Assembly: GCF_009914755.1 (NCBI RefSeq)
Contig: NC_060926.1
Reading direction: 5' to 3' (one strand)
Length of the DNA: 64,000 nucleotides
DNA from: the human T2T-CHM13v2.0 reference genome, Homo sapiens
Below the pieces are notes generated by a model that searched no databases, was not told where the DNA came from, and saw only the letters and a program-made list of their open reading frames with translations. Made by a program: the position numbers and the translations under genes. Below are positions 1-12,971 of the stretch, piece by piece; the first letter of the stretch is position 1; the number at the start of each line of letters is the position of its first letter.

Positions 1-309
1 CTTGCAAGGATAGGAGAGGAAGTCAATGCCCCCACTTTGACCCTTATTCAAACCTCAAGGTTTCAGGAATTCCCAAAGATTTAGAGTAGAAGTACACTGT
101 GCCCTGCACACAGTAGGTACTTCAACGTTTATGTCACACTTTAATCATCAAGCACAATCACAGGACTCCAACTAATGCTTCCCTCAGTGCAGCCCAAGGC
201 ACATTCAGCAATCTCACTCAGAACAACCAGGAGAGATACTTAACACAATGTATGCCCTTAGGAAAAAAAAGTAGAATAGCATTATCAAAGGCTCTGATTT
301 CTAGATACA

Positions 310-475
310 GGTGTGCTCTGACTTTTTCATGCTTTCCTTTTTCTCTCTGAAATATGGGAATAATACCCCCTGTCACTGAGCCACTGGAATGTTGAGGAGA
401 CAATGAGTTAGCATTGGAAAACAATTCAGGGTGAAAGGTGCGGATGTGAGCTCAAGGTATTTGTTAATGTTATTA
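310..475 (+). mobile_element. MIR SINE, degraded 3' part
   Basis: CTCTGAAATATGGGAATAATAAC...GAGACAATG...TTGTTAATGTTATT resembles the MIR core/3' end. Confidence 0.45.
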
Positions 476-1637
476 CTCAATCCATTCTGGCCCAGTGTGG
501 AAACAAAAGCAACTTTTATTACAAATAACACAACATTGTTAAAATAACCTTAGGAAAGAGAGAATAAATGAATCTACCAAGATAAATAGATAGCAGCTGG
601 GTTATTGAGACCTCATGTTGAGGTTACAGGCTTTTAACACTAAATGCAATGTTCTTTTAATTTTCAAGTAAGAATCATTTGGTGAAAAAAGTAGGTAACC
701 TATTAGTGCCTGTCTATAAAAGAGTGAGGACTTAGATTTCTAAATGCATACTAACAAGTATATTTATAAAGACAGATTTTATTACCTGATTGTATAAAGC
801 AGAAGTCTCCTTTAACAGATTAAAAGAAGAGGTGGGTGGAATATGCTAACAAACAAAGGTCCATGTGTGAATCGGGGGATATTCAGGACTTAACTAGACT
901 TCAGCAGACTCATTTAGGATCTTAAACACTGTCCCAAGTCCAAAATTCACATTTAAGCTGAGAGCAGCTAGGACTTTGCTATCTATCTATGGTTTAAGTT
1001 GTCTTCCACTCGGCTTGTAAAGCCTAGAGTGTCACTGTTTCTGCCCACAGATAGCTGTCAATCTTGGCCCATAAGGAGATGGAACCATAGGAAATGTTTC
1101 ATCTCCACTCCCAGCACTTCTTTCCATATAAAAAGATTTCCACTAGCACAGCAGTCCTGACATCTCTGTTCTCAGGAGAAGAGGGAATCATTTAATGTTA
1201 TTGAGTCCCTTTACCTCCTCATTCTCTTGAGAGCTATGTGCATAGAGAAAGCATACTTTCTGCTCTGCTATTTCAGACCCTACATTTTAGAGTACATTGT
1301 CTAATGTTGGAAATAAGGTAGGTAAGTCTCTCTAAATCTGAGATTCAGTGATAGTAAGGCGATCCTCCAAAATCAACTTTAACAATGATAAAATTGATAA
1401 TTTCCTCTCTATCTATCTTACTCTGTTTTTCAATGACTCAGACTCAGCTGGAGAAGAGAGATGTTCCCTCTCTTGAGCTCACTAAAGACATTCAACAACA
1501 TGTAATACAATGGGTGGGACATTTGTCTTTTCCAGGCCAAGGAAAAGGAAAACAAACTTAGGTCCCCAAAGACTTAGGATAAAATATCACAGATATAAAC
1601 TTAGCAAAGTTGAACTCAGCTGTTAGAAAATGGAATT

Positions 1638-2175
1638 GGATTAGTTTCCTGTGGCTGCTATAACAAATCACCACAAACTCAATGGCTTAAAACCACATAA
1701 ACTTATCCTCTCACAGTTCTAGGGGACAAAACTCCAAAATCAGTTTCACTAGGCCTACATCCAGGAGTTAGCCAGGCCATGCTCCCTCTGGGAACTCTAA
1801 GAGAGAATCTGGCCTTTCCTCCTCCTGCTCATGGGACTGCCAGCACTTCTTGGCTTGTGGCTGCATCACTCCCATCTGCCTCCCTGATCACATTGCCTTC
1901 TCCTCGTTGTCAGCTCTCCCTCTGCCTCTCTCTCATAAGGATATATGTGACTGCATCTAGGGCCCATTCTAATAAGCTGTGATAACCTCTTCATCACAAT
2001 ATCCTTAACTTAATCATACCTATAAAGACCTTAAATTTTTAATGTTTTAATTGTTTTTAATTAAAAAATGTCTTTTCTTAGGTTCCTACAGACAGAAACC
2101 TTTTTTCTGTATCAGGTAGTATTTACAGATTCTAAGGATTAGGACCTGACGTCCTCGGGGGACTATTTTTCCACA
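1638..2175 (-). mobile_element. MaLR solo LTR, MLT1 family
   Basis: Starts ATTAGTTTCCTGTGGCTGCTATAACAAATCACCACAAACTCAATGGCTTAAAACCAC...CTCACAGTTCTAG, the typical reverse-strand MLT1 end; finishes ...GACTATTTTTCCACA. Confidence 0.85.
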
Positions 2176-3067
2176 TGAGTTCAATAGTCTTGAATAAATA
2201 TCATTTATATCTCTTTTCTTCTTTTCTCTATGTTCTGAAATTTTACAATTTAAGATGCAAAAATATGTGGTCTAATATCATAGTTTTAGAGAATTAAGAA
2301 GGTAAATTCATCCTAGAGTTTGGATCAAACAAATAATATTTAGAAGGAATATATCATAAGGTGATAACTTTGTATGTCGGTATATATGTAAGTGTGGGTG
2401 TGTGTAAATCATTAAATTTCCATATATATACCATATAATTTTCTACCTGAAATGTTGTGAGTTAAATCAAAAAATGTAAATTATTCCTACATATCATTAA
2501 TATTATAAATTCAGGACCATAGTTATTTATATATTTATTTTTAAAATTCCGGTTGAAGCATTTGGTGAAACAGTTCCAGAATTGAGTTTTTTATTCTTTC
2601 TATATGTGGAGCATATGGTAAAATTATTCCTATTTCTAATATGAGTTTGGTATTTTATTGTTAAACTCTAGAAAACAACCACCTTTTAGCCAAGAACCTT
2701 TGCCCTCTAAGACACACTCAATTGTATTTTACTTTTGCTACCAACATTTAGGGGTTAGTTTACTTTGTGTTATCATATTCCACCAATATTCAAAAGATTT
2801 ATCACTTGGCAAGAGTTACTGATGACACTCCATGAGTAGGAAACCTCAAATCTTGGTGAAGGGCAGGCACTGAGCTTCTGCTAAGCACTCTCACTAGCTA
2901 AGAAACTTGTGCTACATACTACATGTGCCCTGTTTCAGTTAGGACAGGCTATGATATCGTAACAAATAGACCGCCAAATTCAGCTTCTCATGTTTGAGGG
3001 AAAAACACATCTATCTCTCTTTTGGACAACAGTCCAGGATGAGGGTTCCAGGTCAGTGGGAGCTCGG

Positions 3068-3147
3068 CTATATGCAGTGGACCAGGATGGCAAGGGCTCT
3101 CCTGAAAGGACAGTAGAGCCCTTGCCATCCTGGTCCACTGCATATAG
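3068..3147 (+). ncRNA. MIR4776-1: pre-miRNA hairpin, miR-4776 (5p arm GTGGACCAGGATGGCAAGGGCT 3077-3098; 3p arm CTTGCCATCCTGGTCCACTGCAT 3121-3143)
   Basis: Seen directly: perfect 33-bp inverted repeat 3068-3100/3115-3147 with a 14-nt centre. The arm sequences match hsa-miR-4776-5p/3p as I recall them; not database-checked. Confidence 0.85.
3068..3147 (-). ncRNA. MIR4776-2: Antisense pre-miRNA hairpin of the same palindrome
   Basis: The stem is perfectly self-complementary, so the minus strand gives identical arms; recalled annotation has a second precursor on the opposite strand. Confidence 0.75.
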
Positions 3148-4264
3148 TCTGCTCCATCTCAGGAAGCCAGAAGGTAGAAGGGGATGCAAAAACACAGCAG
3201 TGCAAGAGCTCTAGTATGTGGCCACACAGAATTGCAATGGAGACTGGGAAGTATAGTCTAGCTGTGTGCTCAGGAAGAAGAGGAGAAGGGATTTTGGTAA
3301 ACAGCTGGCAGTCTTTGCTGCATGCATTATTTCTGCCTCAGCAAAATAAAAGTTGACTATGTAAAACAGAGGTCATGTGTGTAGAGGTCATTGTGTATAC
3401 CCTTGGGATATACACAAGCATTCAAACCAATGAATAGTGAGAATTTATTCTACCCAAGCAACTATTTATGCCGAATATTCAGAAGGGGAGGGGAGCAGGA
3501 AAGAAATGGTTTATTTTCTTTAAATTATTGAAAATATTAGCTTATATCAATTTTCTCAAGTGATGAAAATGCAGGGGTTAAGCCTTTATTTTTTTTTTAA
3601 AGTAAATATTAGTATTATGTAGTATATGTTAAGAAGGTTTTTTTCTCTTCATTTCTTAATCTATTGAGGGAAGGACTAGGCAAATGAAGTTAGGCTTCTT
3701 TTCTCAGGGGGCCTAACTGTTGGCCCAGGCTGGGTTCCAAGAACTAATACAAGGAATGGTAACTGGTGGGGTTGTCTTTTTGCTGAATGAAGAGAAGAAA
3801 AGAAGAATTCCAAGTCTGTTTCCCAGGCACAGGAAGGACCAGGAAGCAAGGAAACTTCCAATTTTCAAGTCCACTGAGCAGAATACAAGAACAGGGTCCA
3901 AAACAAAGAGTTCTCCGTTGAGAACCGGCAAGATGGAGCAAGCAAGTCCTGCAGGCAGGCTGGGCCTGGAGAGGCGCCAAGAGGCCACAGCACTCTTGGG
4001 AGGAGGTTTTTCTGGACTCTTGAGGAGCTGAGACTTTTATATTCCAACGCTGCCTTTAGTTTGAGGTTTGCCTCCTCCCTCCATTTGCAGAAGAGTAATC
4101 CGAAGCTAAATCATTCATAACATGAGAATGCTGATCTGTGTCCAGCCCTTGTGAAGGGAAAAGAAAACAAAACTTCACAAACATAATTAGTAGAACTACC
4201 TATAAAACCTAATGTTAAAAGAGAAATTAGCTTTCATGGAGAGAAAGTGTGATGGCATGACACA

Positions 4265-4490
4265 GAAATTAAGTGCACTGAATTTAGATTTGAAAAGAGT
4301 TTGATTCAATTCATGTCCCTGCTTCCCAGTAGTCCGTGACCTTGGGCAAGTGACCTATACTCTCTAAATCTTAGTTTCCTTATCTGTAAGATGGGAGATG
4401 AAAATAATACCTAATTCATATTTTTTAAGAACTTAATGAAAGAATGTTCAAATGTATCTAATAAGGTATAGGAACTCAACACATGCCAGT
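4265..4490 (+). mobile_element. MIR SINE
   Basis: Core GTGACCTTGGGCAAGTGACCTATACTCTCTAAATCTTAGTTTCCTTATCTGTAAGATGGG. Confidence 0.85.
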
Positions 4491-4564
4491 TAAACAAATT
4501 TCTAATAATTGACTTTCTTATTTCTTCCTTTCTGGGTAAAACAACTGTCCTTTGTATACTTTCA

Positions 4565-4888
4565 TTTTTTGGAGACAGAGTCTCACTCTGTCTTTTTTTG
4601 GAGACAGAGACTCACTCTGTCATCCAGGCTGAAGTGCAGTGGTACGATCTCGGCTCACTACAACCTCTGCCTCCCAGTTTAAACAATTCTCCTGCCTCAG
4701 CCTCTCGAGTAGCTGGACTAGGACTACAGGCGGGAGCCATCATGCCTGGCTGGTTTTTTTTGTATCTAAGTAGAGATGGGGTTTCACCATGCTGCCCAGG
4801 CTGGTCTTGAACTCCTGAGCTCAGGCAATCCACCTGCTTCAGCCTCTCAAAGTGCTAGGATTACAGGCGTGAGCCACTGCACCCGGCC
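4565..4888 (-). mobile_element. Alu (S-type) with tandemly duplicated 3' end
   Basis: Full reverse dimer ending CACCCGGCC; T-tail plus GGAGACAGAG(T/A)CTCACTCTGTC present twice; flanking CC(T/C)TTGTATAC target-site duplication. Confidence 0.95.
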
Positions 4889-5747
4889 TGCCCCTTGTAT
4901 ACATAAAAAACAATCAATCAAATCTTCCTCCATGACCCCTTAAGCACTATTGAGTAAAGGTGGGATCTTAAGTTGTGACAACTGATATATGTAAAATGTC
5001 AATTTAAGAACATCTCCTTTCAGACATGAGTATTTCCCTGCAAACTTAGGTTTATGTCTAAGATCTTAAGGAAATAAATACTATAAAAAGACATAGTTCA
5101 AATAATGTATTAATAGAAAAAAGGTCCATAGGAATATCTCAGTGTTTTCTTTTATATGAGATGTATCATATGCCAAGAATATACAATTCTCTAGAATTTA
5201 TTATTTTTCAAAGTATTCTTTGAGAGGCCATCTCTCCTGTTATTACTTTGTCCAGGTAAGTGGGAATTTCATTCGTGAGGACTCCAAGTCCTATCTATGG
5301 AGTCCATTATCACTGGGCATGCCAGTACATCTTCTGGCAAACTGTGACAACAGTCTTCATTGGCAACCGAGAGAACAAAAGAGGATTTTTCTAAAGGTGA
5401 TGAGGCAGAAAAGGGAAGCAGATGGCCCTGAGGAACACGGAGAAATGTCAAGGGAATTGGCCTCTCTTCTTGGCACTTTGAGGCCTGGCCATGAGGGGTA
5501 TGTGCCTGTTCATTCCCTCACGAAAAGCGGAGAAGGAAGGATCTAGCCGATTGCACACTAAAGATAACTTGGAAAAGGAACTTGACAGTCCTAGGGAAGA
5601 GGAGTTGCAACATAAACTGGAAAGCAGATGAAATCCACTGGTGTGATGAAATTAAAGAGACTTCCCAAATATGCTGGGAAAATCAGTGGAATTTTCAAAC
5701 CATTGCAAAGTTGTTTCATAAGAATTAGATTAACTAATATTAACTTG

Positions 5748-5885
5748 TTTCTGGTATGTGTCCAGTACTATGCTAAGTTTGACATGCTTTGCTTCAGTTA
5801 ATACTCAATCTAGCCCTAAGGGGTAGGCACTAATATTGTCCCCATCATGCAGACCGGAAAATTGAGATTTACAGAGGTTAAGTCT
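5748..5885 (-). mobile_element. MIR SINE
   Basis: GGTAGGCACTAATATTGTCCCCATCATGCAGACCGGAAAATTGAGATTTACAGAGGTTAAGT is the reverse MIR core. Confidence 0.75.
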
Positions 5886-6819
5886 TTAGTCTTAAGTAAT
5901 TCATGGAATGCAAAGTACAGAGCAAAGATCACTTACCCAGAACTTAGCTAGGAAAAGAAGTGTGTTCATAAATACACTTGTCAGTGATATTTAAATTCTA
6001 AGAAAACTTTGCTCACATCTTCTTGAATGAATTGATAACTAGTATAATGTCTGGAAAGGCATGTTTCTCTGAGGTCACATTGCAGCACTTTCAAAAGGGT
6101 TTCCCTCAAAGGTGTTTCATCTATTAGTATCAGCAAAAAGATCTCACAGAATGACTAATTTTTAGTAATTATGACCGGCAAGTCTTTGTTGAGTCACTCT
6201 CTTCAGAAGTAACACCCTGATTCATCAGATCTGTTTTTAACATTAATTATATTTAACATCTGACATCTTCTTTACCTCTCTCCACATCACTGAATACTAC
6301 GGAGAAAATAAGGTAAGGCAAACTCAGGTTATGATTAAAATAATAATTGAGCATTAGTGAATTAAATAAAGTAAAAATTGAATGGATTCAACATCCCGTG
6401 AAGCAAAACATAAAACATCTTTCATTTCATAAGGTAAAAAAGAACATGAATTTTTCACAATGTCTGATGTTAATGTTGTGCATGGATCACATAATATAAA
6501 TTAGATGCTTTTATATACAAAAAAATGGTGTTTATGTGATCATCCTAAGAAGTGAGATGAGCAAGGTAGTATCTACTTAAAATATGCTGCCTTTCTATTA
6601 AATAACTCATTGTAAAATTGCAAAATGACTTACAATGAACAGCTACAACTTCTAAAATTGTTACTAATGTTTCATTAATAAAGTGTGCCATGGCCTTTCA
6701 TTAAAGCTGGGTAGTATATGAACCCCTGATGCAGGTATGCAGAAAGATGTCAGCAACACTAGATCAGATGGACTAACTTGGAGAGAAAACTTTTTTTCCC
6801 TTGATAGAACAAAAATGTC

Positions 6820-7290
6820 TGTGGTGACCATTTGTTGTTTTTTGCCAGTCCTGTATCCCCTCCCCTTGTTTTGAGAGTGTCCCTCTGATTTTCTGGGGAT
6901 CTGCCCATCGCCATTATGAACCATCTTCATGGAACTGTCAAACTATGGATCAAAGTGCAAAGGGGCGAGTTGGCACTTCCTCCCCATCCCTACTCTCACT
7001 TGCCAAGACCGATCAGATAGAAGTCCCAGGAATCTGGCCCAAGGACAGAACATGGTTGGAGCTGAGTTTTTTATTTTTTATTTTTATTATATCTTCCCAA
7101 AGAGATTGTATCTATTTCTTCACCCAGATCCCCACCACTGCTCTGCATCTATCTCCCTGGAGGTCTGGCTGTGCTTCTATTTCTTAGGTATTGAAAGCTG
7201 CTCCACAGTCTTCCACTAAATCCCACTTTTCTTTAAGCTGGCCAGTTTCTGTCTGTTGCTTGCAAAGAAAAAGCATTAACTGGTATAGTA
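6820..7290 (+). mobile_element. Old ERVL/MaLR-type solo LTR
   Basis: TGTGG start, ends CTTTAAGCTGGCCAGTTTCTGTCTGTTGCTTGCAAAGAAAAAGCATTAACTGGTATA, resembling old MLT1/LTR33-class ends. Confidence 0.55.
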
Positions 7291-8269
7291 CAATGTCCTT
7301 TCATTTTTACTGAAAATCTTAAATGCTTTTACATCTAAATGAGATCAAACCTTTCCTGAGAATGTTCTTAAAAAAAATAGAACATTTTCAGTGTATGATC
7401 AACTCTTCTAGATGAAAACAAAAATTACCAGAATTTAACCTCCATGTCATAATAGATACAAGTAACTACACATAGTAAAAACAAAAGAGTTATCTCTTTT
7501 ATTCTTCATTTCTTCTAAACTCTTATCATTCTGAGTTATCATCACCGCATGGGGGTGGGGGTGGGGAAATTTAACTCTTTTCTACTTGAAATTTTTCAAA
7601 GTCTGTCTTCTAGTATGTTGTTAGAGTCAGTGAGAGGTTGTTGAAAGCTCTCTTTCCAGGTACTAAAAATAGATAAGCTGTATTTCTGGGTTAGGCTAAA
7701 TGTATGTCCTAAAGATATACTCTAAAGAATGAAAGCATTTTTTTTTTAGACCATTCAAGTAAAATTCACTTAGTTTTCAATTATCTGGTCACTTGGAGTT
7801 GAAATGGTTAGCAGCTTGAGGTTTGAATTGATTAGATCAATTGAACATAGATCCAGCCATTCACTGAGGAGTGACAGTTACCAGGCCAGGTGTGGGGACT
7901 GCCTCTCCTAGAGCCAACATACTAACTCAGCTGAGACTACCCCAGATCTCTTATTATGTTCAAAAACAGCACACATCATATCTGTTTGTTTGATGAAGTA
8001 TATATACAGAGAAGTGTCTAAAGCATATGGACAGTTTAAGAATGATGATAAAGTAAATACAATCAATATTGATTTTTCATTTATTATATTCAGCATTTTA
8101 CATCACCTACTGAAAGCTTCCCAAGACTACCATGGCCAAAGTTCCATGCCTGTCGTATGATGACCCTTAGTCATTGTCCTTATCCCTAAGAAAGCACTTA
8201 TCCCTCTTTGATCTCTTTGCCCAGAACTCACCCATGCACCAGCACTCATGCACAAAACTCATTAAGGAC

Positions 8270-8362
8270 ATGGAGTGTACCTTATTTCCACTGTATCACC
8301 ATGCCCAGGCATGTGGTAGGTCACTTAATAAATAACTGATGACGAATGAATGAATGAAAATA
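8270..8362 (+). mobile_element. L2 3' terminus
   Basis: CTGTATCACCATGCCCAGGCATGTGGTAGGTCACTTAATAAATAACTGATGACGAATGAATGAATGAA. Confidence 0.7.
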
Positions 8363-9651
8363 AATATGTGACCCATAATTGTTTTCAAGTAGCTTAGAGT
8401 CGGAGAAGGGAAAACAGTAAAACAGTTTAATACAATTTGCTAAGTGTTTTTGATAAGGAGAGCCCAGGACGGGGGCGATTCAGATTCAGACTGGCACCCA
8501 CCTAGCCCAGATCTTCTTGGAAGTGGTGTGCTGAGCCTTGATGGGAAAGCAAGTGTCACTAGTTGAGTAGGGTGACAGAAAAGGCATAAAACAGGAGGAA
8601 CAAGAGATCTGGCAGCTTGAGTTGCCATTAAGTGACTAAGGTACAGTCTAAATCAGAGGTTCGTAATCCATCTCTTCACTTGTGCTTTTTTCTCTTCTGG
8701 CAAATGTCTTGAAAGGAAAATCCAAGTCCTTGCTTTCAGAAGGCTTGCCACTTGGTTTCCTTAGAGTTTCCACCAACATGCTGCCTTGTTCCCCTGAGAA
8801 AACCGAACTGAAAGATCCATTTGAATTACCTAAATCCCTCCATCTCCTCCTATCAAGTTTTTACCCAGGCCAATTATGGCTAATATTGCCATTTTATAAA
8901 TGATTCCAGCAAATGCTTTTCAGAGTTCAAATTTTAAAATGCCATCTCTTTTAATATTAGCAAAATGATGATTCAAATTGTCTCTGACAAACTCATGATG
9001 CTCACCTCAAATGACATATTCTGGATGAATATTTATTTCCTCTTAATTTTTGTTCTTTGATGTTGCAAATTCTTGAAAATGCATTCCCAGGACAATATTT
9101 GTGAGGTAATATGCACTGTACAATTTTTAAAAAGTCCAGAATATACTGTCTTTTTCCGGGACCAGCCCTTATTCCTTCAGAGGCCAGGTAGTATTTCCTC
9201 AGTGGCTCCCTGATTCAAGCAGCAATAACTATACAAGGAATGTTTCTTACTCAAAAACCTGGTCCTTGGAGTAGCAACAGAACTCAGGTTCTACCCTGGG
9301 TCTATTAAATCATTATCTGCATTTTAACTAGATCCCTATGTGATTTGCAAAAGGTTTAATCTAGTGCACTTACTCTATATGATTGTTAGGGAATGTTTGG
9401 AGATACACTATTGAGACAAAATCCTCAAATTCAGGCTCAATGGAAAATAGGATAACACTGACTAGTGAGATAGTGATGACTTTAGGAGTAAGTATTTTAA
9501 TTGCATCACCAATCTAAATCCATCTCAACTCTCCTTCATCTTCTCTGACTCTATCAAACCAACTATCTTAAATTTCCCCACAACATAATCTTTCTAATTT
9601 GGTCAGGTCAAACTTTGCATTGTCTTGCAAATGTTGTGCGTCTTTACTTAG

Positions 9652-10172
9652 TGTAGTAGTCAGAGTTCTCCAAAAGAACACAAGTAATAGGATGTGGTCA
9701 CACATATATGAAGAGATTTATTATAAGGAATTGGTCATGCAATCAAGGAGGCTGGCAAGTCCTAAGATTTGCAGGATGAGTCGGCAAGCTGTTGACCCAG
9801 GAGAGCTGATAGTTTAGTTCCACCCCAAGTCCAAAGGCCTGACAACCAGGACAGTTGATGGTGTGGTCCATTCCAAAGGCCAGCAGGCTCAAGACTAAGA
9901 AAGAACTGATGCTTCAATTTGAGTGTGAAGGCAGGAAAAAAACACCATGTCCTAGTTCAAAGGCCACCAGACACAAAGAATTCTCTCTTAGGGGAGAGTC
10001 AGCATTTCCGTTCTATTCAGACCTTCAACTGATTGGATGAGACCCACTTACATTAGGGAGGGCAACCTGTTTTACTCCTTCTACACAATGTTAATCTCTT
10101 CCAAACATCCTCATAGGCATACCCAGAATAATGTCTGCCCAAAAATCTAGTTACCTTGTGGCATAGTCAAGG
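9652..10172 (-). mobile_element. ERVL solo LTR, MLT2 family
   Basis: TGTAGTAGTCAGAGTTCTCC...GAGATTTATTATAAGGAATTGG...TTCTATTCAGACCTTCAACTGATTGGATGAGACCCAC are characteristic MLT2 blocks. Confidence 0.9.
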
Positions 10173-11554
10173 TATTTGACTGTGGCATATAAATATTTAT
10201 AATGTCCCCATCCCATGGAAATCTCCTCCTTCCACTGCACATCTTCCTAAAGCACAGCTCAAGCCTTTTTTTTTTTTTTTCCAGGAAGCTTTCCCTAACT
10301 CCCCTTCATAGATTTCTTCCTTGTCTCAATAGCCTATAGCACTCAGAGAGTCAGTACTAATTGTGGTAAAAAATCTGGTCCTTGGAATAGCAGCAGGGTG
10401 ATTTGTTTTTATTTTCTACTCTTGCTTTTGGTGTGTTAGATTTATCTCTACCCAATTGGTAATGTATTTTATGATAGCATCCATGCAAAGGCAGTTCAGT
10501 CACATGTTTACTGCATACCTCATAGTTCTCAGATGCTCCCCAAATCCTGGCTAATTGATAGTTTCATTTATTTTCCCAATTAAGTTCACAAAAATATTTA
10601 TCTTAGTATTTTTTTTTTTTTTTTACTAATTAGAAGATACCAGAATATCCTTCCTGCAAGAATTGCCAGTGAAACTTGAGTATTGTTATTACATGTGCAC
10701 TAACTGGGACCTTCTTGAGACTATGTTGAATTTTTATAGTACCATTTTGTTTAGTACATAAAAATGACACAAGTCTAGAGTGTCATTGAATTCCCACACT
10801 GATACTGATTTTTCTGAAAAAAATGTCAGGAAATGGTCTGTTCATATATGTGGCCTACATGATATTGAGTAGGAAGGAATTATGTTGTAATGTCCTAGAG
10901 TCACTGCAGCTGGGCAGTTGAGAAAAGATTAATGACAGCACACAGAAAGGACCATAGTGCTGCACAATGGGAAGGTTTGTTTCCAGTCCAGAGTCCAAGC
11001 AGAAAATGACTCTTCCTACCCAATGGGGTTTAAAATGCTCATTGGTTCACTTCAGCAAATCACAAACTGACCATGGTCAAAGAGATAAGATTAAGGTGAC
11101 ACAGCAATTGCAGGAGAGTCCAGAACTCTGAGGCACCTGTAACTCTTCCTGCAGGACATTTATTAGGTTTCTTGAGCACACAAGGAGGAAAGTGATGGCC
11201 TTGTAGGGGAGAGTTAGGAAATAGGAGAAACAAGTAGATCTCGGTTTAACCCAGTCTGTATTCCTGTCCATGAGACCAGACAGTTGCCATTGCCAGACCT
11301 GCTGCTGGTCTGGGTATCAGTGTTTGTCCTCTTAGCAGCTCCAAGGGTTAGATCCACCACATTCTCTCTGGCAATTACATTGGATCATCAGCTTCCTAGT
11401 CTTTGGTGGACTCATTCCCATGCTTATGACACTTTCTCTGGGACTTTTCCCTCTTAAAAACCTAATCCTTACTCACCTAGACTGTACACTTGAAAGAGAA
11501 AAGAGGACACTAAAAAAAAAAAAAGAAAAGAAAAAAAAAACTGTGTTTTGGGAA

Positions 11555-11660
11555 GGCCTGGCCAATATTTGCAGAGTCTGGTGCAAGAGTATAAATGGAG
11601 GTTCATATACTATCTGTCTAAATATTTAAAAGTTTAAATTAAGCCAACGAGCTCTTAAAT
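11555..11660. mobile_element. Ancient hAT-type DNA transposon fragment; extent uncertain
   Basis: GCAAGAGTATAAATGGAGGTTCATATACTATCTGTCTAAATATTTAAAAGTT resembles a hAT-Tip100-class terminus as I recall it. Confidence 0.35.
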
Positions 11661-12761
11661 GAAATAGATTCCATCCTTCACTACAAAGGAAGGTTCAAAT
11701 TCAGGATGCTTGCAATCTTCAGAGGTCCACACTGAAATGTGGCAACAGGTAGGGGAGACCCAGCCATTGCCCCCAGGCCTTCTGATTTTGCTGGATCCCT
11801 TAACATTCTTGCTATTGGCTCCATATGGTCTGCACAACAAGCATGAGTGCTATGTGAACATCCATGGTGGCCTTTAGGTGTAGTACCATCCACAACCACC
11901 CTCACCAAACAAAAACAAAAAAACACACAAGCTAGCTGTTCTTAATCAAAATCTTGGGATTTGGCATAGTCTACCCTTTGGAGAATGGATAAGGCAAAGA
12001 GGCCACTACAGGTCCAATAGGTTCAGAGCCTTTCAGGCAGAGAATTCTGGACTCTCCAGAATCCAGACAATAGTCTTAGAAGTGGGGTCCACAGACTTAG
12101 TGGAAAGGGACATAGCCAACAGATATCTAGAGTCAAATCTCAAATGTAGGAGGAGCCCAGGGCAAGGGGTTCTCTTCCCGAGCTCAGGGGCAGTACTGAG
12201 GCTGGGGGTGGGAGGCTGAAAGGGGATCTTATACATTAGGACAATCATTTGCCACCATACGGCAGAGAAAAATGCAGAGAATACAACCTGATGGAAAATT
12301 CACACATATACTACTCAGGTCAGAGAGTTAAGAGCTGTAGTCTCAGGAAATTTCCACACAAACAGGCATTTGGTATTTTCAGCTGATGCTGGAAGAAAAC
12401 TCAAGTCCTTCACACAGAGCAATTGGGAAAGCCTCCATATACTTGGTGTCGAATGTACAAATGAGAATTCAGACCTTCCTGTGATTTTAGTAAATTCTCT
12501 GAAGCAAGATGCAGACTCTCAGCATAACCAGGACAGGACACAAAAAAGAGTGTTCCCAGAAGCTAGAAAAGGAAGAATCAGGACCATCTGAGGTCAACAA
12601 TTACATTCTTGGTCACAGTTCCTATGATACACTTTTATGGTTTATGGTATAGCAAAATTGTATAGTTTTCTTTCTGAGTCAGTATTCAATCATTCTGAAT
12701 ATATCCCATTGTTATGCTTATGAACCCTCTAAGTTGTATTATTTATAGATACTTACATAGG

Positions 12762-12971
12762 CAGTAGTGTGTTGGAGCCAGCTCGGACTAGCTTAGAAGA
12801 GTCAACTGTGCACGATGCTTTTCAACTCTGTCTTCAGGGACTTCAGGAGCACTGCTTAAAACCGGCCTTGGTGTGAGTACTTTTAATACCGTGGAAATTG
12901 GCAAACACTGAAAATCAGGGCTTTTCTTCCCCTGGAGAGCCTTTTGTTACAAATTTACCAGCACACAACTG
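12762..12971. mobile_element. MER63-like hAT MITE, complete
   Basis: TIRs CAGTAGTGTGTTGG / CCAGCACACAACTG and 8-bp TSD TACATAGG (12754-12761) / TACCTAGG (12972-12979), the hAT signature. Confidence 0.85.

Larger units (their letters stand above)
2931..3322 (-). mobile_element. Old MaLR LTR (MLT1I/J-like) hosting the miRNA hairpin
   Basis: TGTTTCAGTTAGGACAGGCTATG...GTAACAAA at one end and GGAGACTGGGAAGTATAGTCTAGCTGTGTGCTCAGGAAGAAGAGGA...TTTTGGTAAACAGCTGGCAGTCTTTGCTGCA at the other, both typical of old MLT1. Confidence 0.7.

Noticed and set aside
2980-3214. Overlapping antisense ORFs sharing peptides (LYAVDQDGKGS, EPLPSWSTAYS)
   Set aside because: Artefact of the DNA palindrome, not a protein repeat
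3676-4047. Cluster of five overlapping ORFs
   Set aside because: Locally higher GC reduces stop codons; none resembles a protein I recognise
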